64,000 nt of DNA from Squalus acanthias. Lineage: Eukaryota. A program made the translations under genes and the position numbers. The notes beneath the pieces were generated by a model, which saw nothing but the letters and a program-made list of their open reading frames with translations, did not search any database and was not told the DNA's origin. The stretch covers positions 8,434,001 through 8,498,000 of the forward strand of contig CM059433.1 in the NCBI GenBank assembly GCA_030390025.1, written 5' to 3'. Positions 38,996 through 50,333 of this stretch are shown here, one piece after another. The stretch's first letter is position 1. Each line of letters starts with the position of its first letter.

Positions 38996-40118
38996 GAGGG
39001 TGAAAGGTAATCCTGGAGAGAGTGAAAGGTTAATCCTGGAGAGAGTGAAAGGTTAATCCTGGAGAGGGTGAAAGGTTAATCCTGGAGAGGGTGGAAGGTT
39101 AATCCTGGAGAGGGTGGAAGGTTAATCCTGGAGAGAGTGAAAGGTTAATCCTGGAGAGAGTGAAAGGTTAATCCTGGAGAGGGTGAAAGGTTAATCCTGG
39201 AGAGGGTGGAAGGTTAATCCAGGATAGGGTGAAAGGTTAATCCTGGAGAGGGTGAAAGGTTAATCCTGGAGAGGGTGAAAGGTTAATCCTGGAGAGGGTG
39301 GAAGGTTAATCCTGGAGAGAGTGAAAGGTTAATCCTGGAGAGAGTGAAAGGTTAATCCTGGAGAGGGTGAAAGGTTAATCCTGGAGAGGGTGGAAGGTTA
39401 ATCCAGGATAGGGTGAAAGGTTAATCCTGGAGAGGGTGAAAGGTTAATCCTGGAGAGGGTGAAAGGTTAATCCTGGAGAGGGTGGAAGGTTAATCCTGGA
39501 GAGAGTGAAAGGTTAATCCAGGAGAGAGTGAAAGGTTAATCCTGGAGAGGGTGAAAGGTTAATCCAGGAGAGGGTGAAAGGTTAATCCAGGAGAGGGTGA
39601 AAGGTAAATCCAGGAGAGGGTGAAAGGTTAATCCAGGAGAGGGTGAAAGGTTAATCCAGGAGAGGGTGAAAGGTTAATCCTGGAGAGGGTGAAAGGTTAA
39701 TCCAGGAGAGGGTGAAAGGTTAATCCAGGAGAGGGTGAAAGGTTAATCCAGGAGAGGGTGAAAGGTTAATCCAGGAGAGGGTGAAAGATTAATCCAGGAG
39801 AGGGTGAAAGATTAATCCAGGAGAGGGTGAAAGATTAATCCAGGAGAGGGTGAAAGATTAATCCAGGAGAGGGTGAAAGGTTAATCCAGGAGAGGGTGAA
39901 AATTTAATCCAGGAGAGGGTGAAAGGTTAATCCAGGAGAGGGTGAAAGATTAATCCAGGAGAGGGTGAAAGATTAATCCAGGAGAGGGTGAAAGTTTAAT
40001 CCAGGAGAGGGTGAAAGGTTAATCCAGGAATGGGTGAAAGATTAATCCAGGAGAGGGTGAAAGGTTAATCCAGGAGAGGGTGAAAGGTTAACCAAAGAGA
40101 GGGTGGATGGTTAATCCA
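38996..40118. repeat. 23-bp minisatellite (GTGAAAGGTTAATCCWGGAGAGG), ~48 units
   Basis: Direct tandem repetition with no spacers. Confidence 0.97.
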
Positions 40119-40531
40119 TGGGAGTACAGATGAGGGACAGATTTTGGAATGTGAGAAATACATAAGATTGGGAGCAGCAGCAAGTGCTTGAGAAGCCGGT
40201 CCCACCCAATCCAGCTAAGCGTGTTGGAGGAGTTTTGACGGATGAGTGGAGTCAGTGGCCATGGGGAGAAAGTGAATTGCACCAAAGCAGAGATCATTCA
40301 GCAGTTTGGGAGCAGAGTCCAGATCAGGATGGGAACCAGCAGGGACAGATCACAGCTTAGCTCAGCGTAGAACGGAAAATCCCCAGCACAGGAGCAGAAA
40401 GCCGAGACCGCGGAAGCAATCCAGCAGTGATCGCAGCCTCAGTAGAAAGGTGGAGGTCACAGTAAAGCCCAGGTGCCAGCGAAGAAGTGGAGTTTGTCCC
40501 AGGGGCAAACAGATTTCTGTCCAGGACCCAA

Positions 40532-41000
40532 CCTTCTTCTTCTTAGGCAGTCCCTCAGAACCGAGGATGACTTGCTTCCACACTAGAAATGAGTTCTCAG
40601 GTGACTGATGAGTCCAATGCGGGACCTACAGTCTCTGTCACAGGTGGGGCAGACGGTGGTTGAAGGGGCGGGCGGGCGGGGTGCTTGGGTTGACGTGCGC
40701 TCCTTCCGCTGTTTGCGCTTGGTTTCCGCTTGCTCCCGGCGAAGAGACTCGAGGTGTTTGGTGCCTTCTCGGATGCTTCTCCTCCACTTTGTGCGGTCTT
40801 GGGCTTGGGATTCCCAGGTGTCGGTGGGGATGTTGCACTTTTTCAAGGAGGCTTTGAGGGTGTCCTTGATGCGTTTCCTCTGCCCACCTGGGGCTCTCTT
40901 GCCGCGTCGGAGCTCCGAGTAGAGCGCTTGTTTTGGGAGTCTCATATCGGGCATGTGGACGATGTGGCCCGTCCATCGGAGTTGATCGAGCGTGGTCAAC
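40532..41000 (-). mobile_element. RTE-clade LINE 3' end
   Basis: QLRWTGHIVHMPDMRLPKQALYSEL..GGQRKRIKDTLKASLK..CPTCDRDCRSRIGLISHLRTH; short 3' UTR with (GAA)n tail. Confidence 0.92.
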
Positions 41001-42414
41001 ACAGCAATAGAGTATAGCTGAGAAGCCAGCAGTGCTCTGAAGTACAGTCCCGAAGCTCAGCAGATAAGAACAGTAGGTGGGACAGAAAAAACAAAATCAA
41101 GAGCAATTTTTTCACACAGGGAATTATTGGAACATGGACCACAAATGACTGTCAAGGCAGAGACTATTATATCATTTAGAAGGGAATTGGATAAGGAAGA
41201 ATATAAAAGAATACGGGGGAAAAGGGCAGGGTAACAGAATTAGAGTTGATGAGTTATCACCTGAACAGGTGGGACAGGCCAAATGGCTTCCCTCCTCTGT
41301 GCTACAATTTCTGTGATTTATACACACGTAAACACAACCTGGTTCAGGCGAGTTCAGTTCCTTCAATAACCTTTTGAGATCGCTTCCACCCTGCTGTTTA
41401 TAAGGAGATGTAAAACTTCCTAAACCTGTTTTTTTTCCCAAAAGCAGCCATAATAAGCACAGGTCTCGATGGTAAAGATGCTTAACAGCATTCGATGCTA
41501 CAAAAACCAGTTCCGTTGTCAATATTGAACATTCGCCACCTAGTACAATGAGATCTGTATTTAAAACAAAATCTGCAGAACAAGTGATGGTTACTACATT
41601 AACATACTCTTCATAATGTGCCAATTACCAGTGTATTATACCAAAAGATTACAACTGGAACGAAACCAGTAATGCAGCGGCCTCATTGTTGTTTCACAGA
41701 GTTTAACAACAGTGCTCAACGCATTGTTTGGAAATGGTTTAATCCCCTGGAAATCCTTGGCGCGCGTTTCAAGTATCAATCTTCACTGACTAGTCTTGGG
41801 CGTATCAGAATTCTCAAACATTAAATACTGAGAACCTCAACCTCAAAGGGTTGGTGTCGTACTGTGTAGTCGGAGTTGTGCTATGCTCTTGCTGCATTTT
41901 TATATGGAATCAACATTTTGCAGCCCCTGCATGTGTTTGTTATATTTTAAGTCCAGGGAGTTGAGCAGATTTTACTTACTTTCTTGGGTCAAGATACTCG
42001 CAATGTGGTTCTCAGATAGTTTTATATATTCGAGTAGCACTGCAGATTGAGACTCGGCAAAGTCTACCGCACCCCGGGGTAGACCATGGTGAGCAAAAGA
42101 ACAAAATATTCGACACATTCCAGTTGTTCCCCCAGCCCTTCTGCTTATCGTTGGAGACCCTGAATATCTGTAGGCTCTGGCTGGCTTCATCCAGACTCAG
42201 CTCCGTGCACGGGGCAAGCTCCAGCTAGTTTTTGACCAATTTCGTAAAGAGGTCCTAAAACGGGCGTTAGGCCCCCCTTATTAGCACAATCAAGGGGCCT
42301 GATGCCTGTTTTAAACTCATGCCAAGGATGCCTCTAGCGTGGCCAAAACACTCGGCCAGAATTTGCTGCGGCAGGGCACCTAATGATATCTGCCATTAGT
42401 TAGACTTGCCCCGG

Positions 42415-43220
42415 CACATAAGAACATAAGAGCATAAGAGCATAAGAAATGAGAGCAGGAGTAGGCCATATGGCCCCTCAAGCCTGCTCCGCCATTCAAT
42501 AAGATCACGGCTGATCATCGACCTCAACTCCACTTTCCCGCCCGATCTCCATATCCCTTGATTCCCCTAGAGTCCAAAAATCTATCGATCTCAGCCTTGA
42601 ATATACTCAAAGACTCAGCATCCACAGCCCTCTGGGGCAGAGAATTCCAAAGATTCACAACCCTCTGAGTGAAGAAATTCCTCCTCATCTCGGTCTTAAA
42701 TGGCCTACCCCTTATCCTGAGACTATGCCCCCTAGTTCTAGGCACTCCAGCCAGGGGAAACAACCTCTCAGCATCTACCCTGTCAATCCCCTTCAGAATC
42801 TTGTATGTTTCAATGAGATCACCTCTCATTCTTCTAAACTCCAGAGAGTATTGGCCCATTCTACACAATCTCTCATCATAGGACAGCCCTCTCATCCCAT
42901 GAATCAATCTAGTGAACCTTCGTTACACAGCCTCCAAGGCAAGTATATCCTTCCTTAGATAAGGAGACCAGGACTGTACACAGTACTCCAGGTGTGGTCT
43001 CCCCAAGGCCCTGTACAATTGTAGAAAGACTTCCTTACTCTTATACTCCAATCCCCTTACAATAAACGCCAACATGCCATTTGCCTTCCTTATTGCTTGC
43101 TGTACCTGCATGCTAAATTTCTGTGTTTCTTGCACAAGAACACCCAAATCTCTCTAAACACCAACATTTGAAAGTTTCTAACCATTTAAAAAATATTCTG
43201 TTTTTCTATGCTTCCTACCA
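42415..43220 (-). mobile_element. CR1 LINE 3' portion
   Basis: ORFs 42524-42907 and 42923-43147 are the CR1 RT C-terminus; (CTTATGCT)n tail. Confidence 0.93.
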
Positions 43221-44209
43221 CCCTTCAGACCAAAAAAAATGTTGTCCACAAAGTTGCTGAAAGTGCAAGCTGATAATGGCACAGTGAGGGAAACAGGGCA
43301 TCTGGGGCCTGAGTGAACAGGGTAAGCAACAGGGCATCTCAGCAACCAATGAGATTTAATGATTAGGAAATAAAGAAAGAAAGACTTGCATTTATATAGC
43401 GCCTTTCACGACCACCGGACGTCTCAAAGCACTTGACAGCCAATGAAGTGCAGTCACTGTTGTAATGTGGGAAACACGGCAGAAAAACTCAAGAAGGACC
43501 GAGAAGAAAGGTGAATTAACGGGGGGTGAATTCAATGTCAAATCAGGCACAGAGCGAGAAATAAAGAGAGGGAAAGGAAAATCAGATGAAGAAAGAGGAA
43601 AAAAAAGACAGAAAGGAAAAGTAAGAAAAAAAATGTAAATTTAAAATTTGGAATTTTTAAAATTGCCCCCAAAAATTCTAAAAATACTTGTAGTAGTTAA
43701 TTTTCAGTGCCAGAGAGGTTGATTGGCAGTCATCCACACTAATCACCTCGTTATAAGGGTACTAACGCTTGTAATGACAAGACTTAACTTTCTGTGGCGA
43801 GTTTAATGGGCAAATACAGCACGTTCCCGATAGATGCGGGGAAACGAAGGGCAAGATGCACAACCTGGACAGCAACACGTGGACATTTAACCGCACACCT
43901 GCTCCTGGCCTGAAGTTGCTGTACTATTTACCCATAAATAAACCTGAGTGCCATTCGCCTTGCCATTGTTTTGACAGCAAATTCTCGAATGACGTTGAAG
44001 GTCAGCCTTCGAAGTTGAACCTCTGTGCCCCGTTTCCTGCCTGGAAAATGGGCGCAATGAGCTTCAGTTAACTTAAGAACACAAGAAATAGGAGCAGGAG
44101 GAGGCCATTCGGCCCTTCGAGCCTGCTCCGCCATTCAATGAGATCTATTTTGTTTGCCCTCAGCCTGGTGTGAAGATTCCAAGGGGCCCCCACAGCTTTC
44201 ACGGTTTGT

Positions 44210-44293
44210 GGTATCATGGCTCAGCGGTCTAAGGCGCTGGATTATGGCTCCAATCTATCAGGGGGGGCCTGGGTTCGAATTCCACAACTGCCA
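44210..44293 (+). pseudogene. tRNA-Leu (AAG/TAG type) pseudogene
   Basis: GGTATCATGGCTCAGCGGTCTAAGGCGCTGGATTATGGCTCC..GGGTTCGAATTCCACAACTGCCA resembles vertebrate tRNA-Leu with a long variable arm; anticodon position reads ATG and the acceptor stem has mismatches. Confidence 0.8.
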
Positions 44294-45275
44294 GAAATTG
44301 CAGTGCTTATTATTTCCGGCGCAGACACGATGGGCCGAATAGCCTCCTTCCGTGCTGTAAATTTTTACGATTCTCACTTTTAACAGCAAGAAATGCATCA
44401 GTCCACTACGGCGCAACCTACCTTTCCTGTAGCAATGACCCAGCTTGGACCAGCTAACTCAACGCTGACTGGGAACGAGTCAGTGATCTTTCTGGTCTGT
44501 ACAGTTCAGCTATTCACTGGAAAAACCCGCTGTGATATTGGGAGAATGGCAGTAAGAGGTTGAAATTAATTTTCTATGTTTTTATTTCTACTGATCTTCC
44601 ATCAAGTACCAGGTAGAACTAAAAAGAAAAAGTGCAATTGCTGGGAATTTGAAAGAAAGGCAGAAAAAAAGTTAGAAATACAGTGTCAGCATGTCAAAGA
44701 GAAAAGGTAGAATCATAGAATAGTACAGATCATAAGAACATAAGAAATAGGAGCAGGAGTCGGCCATTCAGCCCTTCGAGCCTGCTCCGCCATTCAATAA
44801 GATCATGGCTGATCTTCTGCCTCAACTCCACTCACCGGCCCTATCGCCATATCCCTCGATGCCCTTACTGTCAGAAATCTATCGACTTCTGTCTTGAATA
44901 TACCCAATGACTGAGCCTCCACAGCCCTCTGGGGTAGAGAATTCCAAAGATTCACCACCCTCTGTGTGAAGAAATTTCTTCTCGTCTCAGTCCTGAATGG
45001 CCTACCCTTTATCCTGAGGCTGTGGCCCCTGGTTCTAGACTCCCCAGCCAAGGGAAACATTCTCCCAGCATCCACCCTATCAAGCCCTGTAAGAATTTTT
45101 AATAATAATAATTTTGTATGCTTCAATGAGATCCCTTCTCATTCTTCTGAATTCAAGAGAATACAGGCCTAGTTTACTCAATCTCTTCTCATACGACAGT
45201 CCCACCATCCCAGGAATCAATCTCGTGAACCTTCGTTGCACTCCCTCTATGGCAAGTATATCCTTCCTTAGATAA

Positions 45276-45566
45276 AAATGAGAAGTCGCACAACACCAGG
45301 TTATAGTCCAACAGATTTATTTAAAATTACAAGCTTTCGGAGCTGTCGCCCCTTCCTCAGGTAGAGTAGCTGTGAGAGAATCTCCCAGAATTCACAATAT
45401 AAACACAGAAATTCTGGGAGATTCTCTCACAGCTACTCTACCTGAGGAAGGGGCGACAGCTCCAAAAGCTTGCAATTTTAAATAAATCTGTTGGACTATA
45501 ACCTGGTGTTGTGCGACTTCTCATTTTTGTCCACCCCAGTCCAACGCCGGCATCTCCACATCATCA
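45276..45566. mobile_element. Penelope-like palindromic insertion with hammerhead motif
   Basis: ~118-bp near-perfect inverted arms; 13-bp TSD CTTCCTTAGATAA (45263-45275 and 45567-45579). Confidence 0.8.
45327..45364 (-). ncRNA. Minimal type I hammerhead ribozyme motif
   Basis: Minus strand TAC-CTGAGGA-a-GGGGC gaca GCTCC-GAAA-GC-TT-GTA: intact core and palindromic AGCT stem III. The plus-strand mirror copy has GAAA>AAAA at 45464. Confidence 0.6.
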
Positions 45567-45821
45567 CTTCCTTAGATAAGGAGACCAAAATTGTACACAG
45601 TACTCCAGGTGTGGTCTCACCAAGGCCCTATATAATTGGAGTAAGACTTCAGAAGGAGGCCATTCAGCCCATCGAGTCTGCGCCAGCTCTTTCAAAGAGC
45701 AATCCAGTTAGTCCCACTCCCCGCTTTGGGATTAAAGAGACAGAGAAGGGTGTAGAAGCTTGTGGCTTTGTGCTTCTTCACAGGAATCCCGTGGTGACTG
45801 AATAGATATGCATCCACTAAC

Positions 45822-46482
45822 CTGGTGCTGGCACTGTTGCACTATCGTTACCAGAACAGACAGCTTCCCCAGAAGCTCCAAGGCATGCTGTTCGTAGGGG
45901 CTGAGCTTCTTAATGTCAAGGATGCCCCTTCCAATCCCATGCATCTCGTGGAAATTGTGCAGAAGTTTCTCCTGAAATGAAGTGAAGGATAGCAATTGAG
46001 GGCTCTCTCCATGGTGGCATTGGGCAGGTGATGTCAGAGATTTGGTATCTTCACATTGTTGAAGTGGAGGAAGGAGTTTTCAGGATCTGCATGCAATTAA
46101 GTGCTGCCAGGGGAGATGGGTAGCCCTACTATAGAATCCTGAGTTGGTGCCCCCTCTTTAACCAGAGTGCAGCGTGAAGCGTTAGTAGTACAGCTCTTGG
46201 TTTTAGAGGGTGAAGAATGTGCTGTGTGCTGATGCCCAAGGCAGAATAGCTGGTGTGCTACCTTGCCTGTCCTGGTCAGATGATTGAACTTCTTTTGGCC
46301 AAGCTCTATGTTTTGGGGCTGAGAGTGTTGGCACTCAGTGCCAATGCTACCTTCCGCCACATGGTACTGGAAGCATTTCTTTTGTCATTTCCTTTCAGGG
46401 AGACCCGGAACTCTCTTTCTCTTACGGTCAGTCTCTACGAGGAGGGTTTGTAGATCGGTCTCACTGAAATTGCCAGCTCTTG
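45822..46482 (-). pseudogene. Decayed two-exon Harbinger-type Myb/SANT gene
   Basis: RAGNFSETDLQTLLVE.., KKFNHLTRTGK|gtagca..tttcag|EKLLHNFHEMHGIGRGILDIKKLSPYEQHALELLG; stop and frameshifts in exon 1. Confidence 0.65.
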
Positions 46483-46814
46483 TTGAGGCAAACAGAATAG
46501 ATGCATTTAAGGGGAAGCTAGATAAGTACACGAGGGAAAAAGAAATAGGAGTTTATGCAGGTAGGGTGAGATGAAGTAGGGTGGGAGGAGGCTCGTGTGA
46601 AGCATAAAGCACCAGCGTAGACCAGTTGGGCCAAGTACTGGGGTGAAGGGAGGAACTCTGGCACAATCCCAGCAGGTGACCTGCAACTTGGGTTGGGAGC
46701 CACAACCACCAGCTTTCTGTCCCTCACATCTTCCCTTCCAAATTGCACTTCAGGAGGGCATTCACTTCTTAGGCCCATCCACAGTATAGCAAGGAACAAC
46801 TTTTGGGGTGTATC

Positions 46815-47372
46815 TAAGAACATAAGAACATAAGAAATAGGAGCAGGAGTCGGCCATTCGGCCCTTCGAGCCTGCTCCGTCATTCAATGAGGTCATGGCT
46901 GATCTTCTACCTCAACTCCATTCACCGGCCCTATCGCCATATCCCTTGATGCCCTTACTAGTCAGAAATCTATCAACTTCTGTTTTGAATATACCCAATG
47001 ACTGAGCCTCCACAGCCCTCTGGGGTAGAGAATTCCAAAGATTCACCACCCTCTGTGTGAAGAAATTTCTTCTCATCTCAGCCCTGAATGGCCTACCCTT
47101 TATCCTGAGGCTGTGGCCCCTGGTTCTAGACTCCCCAGCCAAGGGAAACATTCTCCCAGCATCCACCCTATCAAGCCCTGTAATAATTTTGTATGCTTCA
47201 ATGAGATCCCCTCTCATTCTTCTGAATTCAAGAGAATACAGGCCTAGTTTACTCAATCTCTTCTCATACGACAGTCCCGCCATCCCAGGAAGCAATCTCG
47301 CGAACCTTCATTGCACTCCCTCTATGGCAAGTATATCCTTGCTTAGGTAAGGAGACCAAAATTGTACACAGT
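46815..47372 (-). mobile_element. CR1 LINE 3' portion
   Basis: LPGMAGLSYEKRLSKLGLYSLEFRRMRGDL..; interrupted by the MITE at 47373. Confidence 0.93.
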
Positions 47373-48133
47373 GGCCCAGAAATTCGGGTCCCCACGGGTG
47401 AGTACGCGCAGTGTACTCACCCGTAAGGCCAACGAAAGTGCCGGTTTTGCGCGTGCACTGCGCATGCACGGGAAACCGGAACTTCCGTTCCCTTGAAGGA
47501 AGGGGTTCATAGGTCAAACGCGTGCGCCGGAGAGGCAGCGCGTAGACCTGGAACTTCGGCTTTTTTTACAGGTTTCTCCGTGCGGGTAAGTCCCTAGCAG
47601 CTGCGCGTGGAAAAAGCAGGCGCAAGACCTGCTTTTAACAAGGTAATAGGTGAATTAAGTAAAATTAAAACATTTTTCCCACAGGTTTATCATTTTTAAA
47701 TACTTTAAAGAAAGGTAAGTTTATTTTTAGCCCCGTTAAAAACTTTAATTAATTTTTTCAAAAATTTAAATTTTTGTTTAAAATAGTTAATTTATGTAAT
47801 TTATAGTTATTTTTAAAATGTGATTTAAAAAAAAATATTTGAAGTTTTAGTGAGGTTTTGGGGCCGATCTCTATTCATAGATTTGACAGGTCTTCCTGTC
47901 AAATCTATGAATGGAGATTCCCTGCTCCGATTGGCTCCCCATGGCCCACGTGATCCCAGGGGACGGTGCAAACTAGTTGCGCCGCTGGGATACGCGAGCA
48001 CTGCACACCGGCAGCTGGAGGAGGCCCAGGATCGGAATCCCACGCGGGCCCACAGCACAACGGCAGGCGTGCTATGTAAGTGCACCCGCTATGCTTGCAT
48101 CCGTGGGAAGCCTCCGACCGGAATTTCTGGGCC
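47373..48133 (+). mobile_element. ~760-bp MITE with 13-bp TIR and 3-bp TSD
   Basis: GGCCCAGAAATTC / GAATTTCTGGGCC, flanked by AGT on both sides, inserted in CR1 sequence. Confidence 0.85.
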
Positions 48134-48537
48134 AGTATATTCCAGGAACTCTTCCCAGTTCACCCCAGATCGACCCAGTAGCACATACATCTGCTGAGAG
48201 CGCTGGCATGGATTACCGTCTTAAGAGACAGTCGAAAGATCTGGCAGGAAGATTTTTTTTAATGTTCTCCTCTCCTATTCAGCCCCTCAGACCTCTGGCG
48301 CCCTCTTTCAGAGCTGCGGGCTGCCACTCCATCTTCCACCTACTCAACGGAGTGGGCGCCTCTGCTGTGTCACTACTGGCACTGGTGCCCACCCCGAGTG
48401 TTTCAATGACCCTGTCCTCAGGACTCAGGATGGAGTCACCGACAATGCACCGGAGTGAGCAGAAATTCCTGCCTGTAATACGTCAGCCCCCTTCAAAGGG
48501 ATCTGTGGAACTTCCCACCTCCTGTCAAAATTAACGA

Positions 48538-48845
48538 AGGGGTATCGGGAGAGGGCGGGAATATGGTATTTCGGACTGAGATGAGGAGAAATTTCTTCAC
48601 TCAGGAGGGTGGTGAACCTGTGGAATTCTCTACCACAGAAGGCTGTGGAGGCCAAGTCACTGAATATATTTAAGAAGGAGATAGATAGATTTCTAGACAC
48701 AAAAGGCATCAAGGGGTATGGGGAGAGAGCGAGAATATGGTATTGAGATGGAGGATCAGCCATGATCATATTGAATGGCGGAGCAGGCTCGAAGGGCCGA
48801 ATGGCCGACTCCTGCTCTTATTTTTCTATGTTTCTATGTTTCTAT
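48538..48845 (+). mobile_element. CR1 3' end
   Basis: GACTGAGATGAGGAGAAATTTCTTCACTCAG..; (TTCTATGT)n tail. Confidence 0.9.
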
Positions 48846-49543
48846 CTTCAGTAACCTGCGTTGCCGTCTTTTTCCTTTGAAATGCCTCATTGCATTTCCT
48901 GTATATAATCATGTGAGTTGTTTTCCACTCCGAACACCTACCCGATGTTGAGGGAGCTTTATATGCTTTCATTGCTTACAGTTTTGATTTAAAATTTACC
49001 TGCTCAGTGAATTGGTGCATAGGTATCTTTTAGCTGGTGATAAGCCATATAAAAATGATAGCAAAACGCACTCCCAAAAGTAATTATTTTAACGCAAATG
49101 TTACAAATTCAGGCCTGCTGTAGATTCCGTCTCGGGTATAGTGAATTCAGTTGCTCCCATAAGTGGTCCTAGTTTCTATTGTGGGACTCACACTGCCCCA
49201 TATCGGTTTGTATAATAGCGAGACCCTAGGGTGCAACAATAGTACCCCCTTGTGACCTGATCCAAATATTCTTTCACACGTGTACATCTTCAATCTCTCT
49301 GAAGGCAGGCCAAGCAAAAAATATGGTGAGACGAGGCCAGATACAACTTGCTAAGCTACTTTATTTCACAGTAAGACGAATATACAGAACAGCTGTTATG
49401 AACGAACTCACTTAATTCAATCCATACAGCTGATCTCCATGTAACTGTACAAAATAAAGCACACGTCACACTGTACCGCTTCAATGGGTTATCTTACTTC
49501 ACCTAAACAAGTTGGCTTCTAATTTTCCTCCAGCATCGAAAAC

Positions 49544-50289
49544 GGGCCAGAATTTACGGTGTCTGAGCGTACGCCGTCGTGATCTTTCAGAAAGGGCCCC
49601 GCAAGTTCCGGGTTTTTGCAAGCACTGCGCATGCGCGAAAACTCAGAACTTGCGATCTGTCAAGGTTCGCCTTGACGGACCATATGAACCGACTGGAAAA
49701 TCACTTTCTCCGGCGCAAAGTTGGGCTGCTATTTGCCAAACTACTGCCCAGCAATTGCCCACGAAACTCTTAGGGCTGGTAAAAGCAGTCATCGGGCCTG
49801 CTTTCATCAGCGTAAGGGTACTTATAAATCTTAAATGAAAAATTAAAAAATTAAAAATGCTACACAAACACTTAAAACTAGTTTATGCAAATATTTAAAT
49901 GTTTAAAATTATTTTTCGAAAAATTACATTTTTATTGTATTTGGTGTAATGAAGGGACTTTTAATTAAATTTGAAAATCAGAACATTTATATTTATTAGA
50001 GCTCTCTAAATTGTTTAATTATTTGGGGATTCCATTGCATGTCATGAGGGGATTCCGTTTGGAAATGACAGCAATGGAATCCTCCTTTCTCATTGGAGGA
50101 CCGGGCCCACGTGATCCCAGGGATTCGCGGGCCTTTACGCAGGCGTAGGCCTGGAGGCCCGAGACCCGAACTCTCCGTAGCTCAGGAACCAGGAGGTAAG
50201 TTCGTAGACGTTTCGCGGGTTGTGGTGGTGGGGGGGGGGGGCGGGGGTGCGTAGTCCGGAGGTACGTCTCCGACCGCTAATTCCGAGCC
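49544..50289 (+). mobile_element. MITE, same superfamily as 47373
   Basis: GGGCCAGAATTTACGG / CCGCTAATTCCGAGCC ends; shared CCCACGTGATCCCAGGG block and AT-rich core. Confidence 0.7.
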
Positions 50290-50333
50290 AGTCTCTTTGC
50301 TCTAGCGAAAGCCTGCACAGCTTTTTCTTTAAT

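Larger units (their letters stand above)
44728..45642 (-). mobile_element. CR1 LINE 3' portion interrupted by a Penelope-like insert
   Basis: CR1 RT C-terminal motifs on both sides of 45276-45566. Confidence 0.9.

Noticed and set aside
38996..40118. CRISPR-like array
   Set aside because: Head-to-tail repeats with no unique spacers and no cas genes, in a vertebrate context.
41980..42160. Possible minus-strand exon ending AA|GTAAGT
   Set aside because: Good donor but no identifiable product or convincing acceptor.
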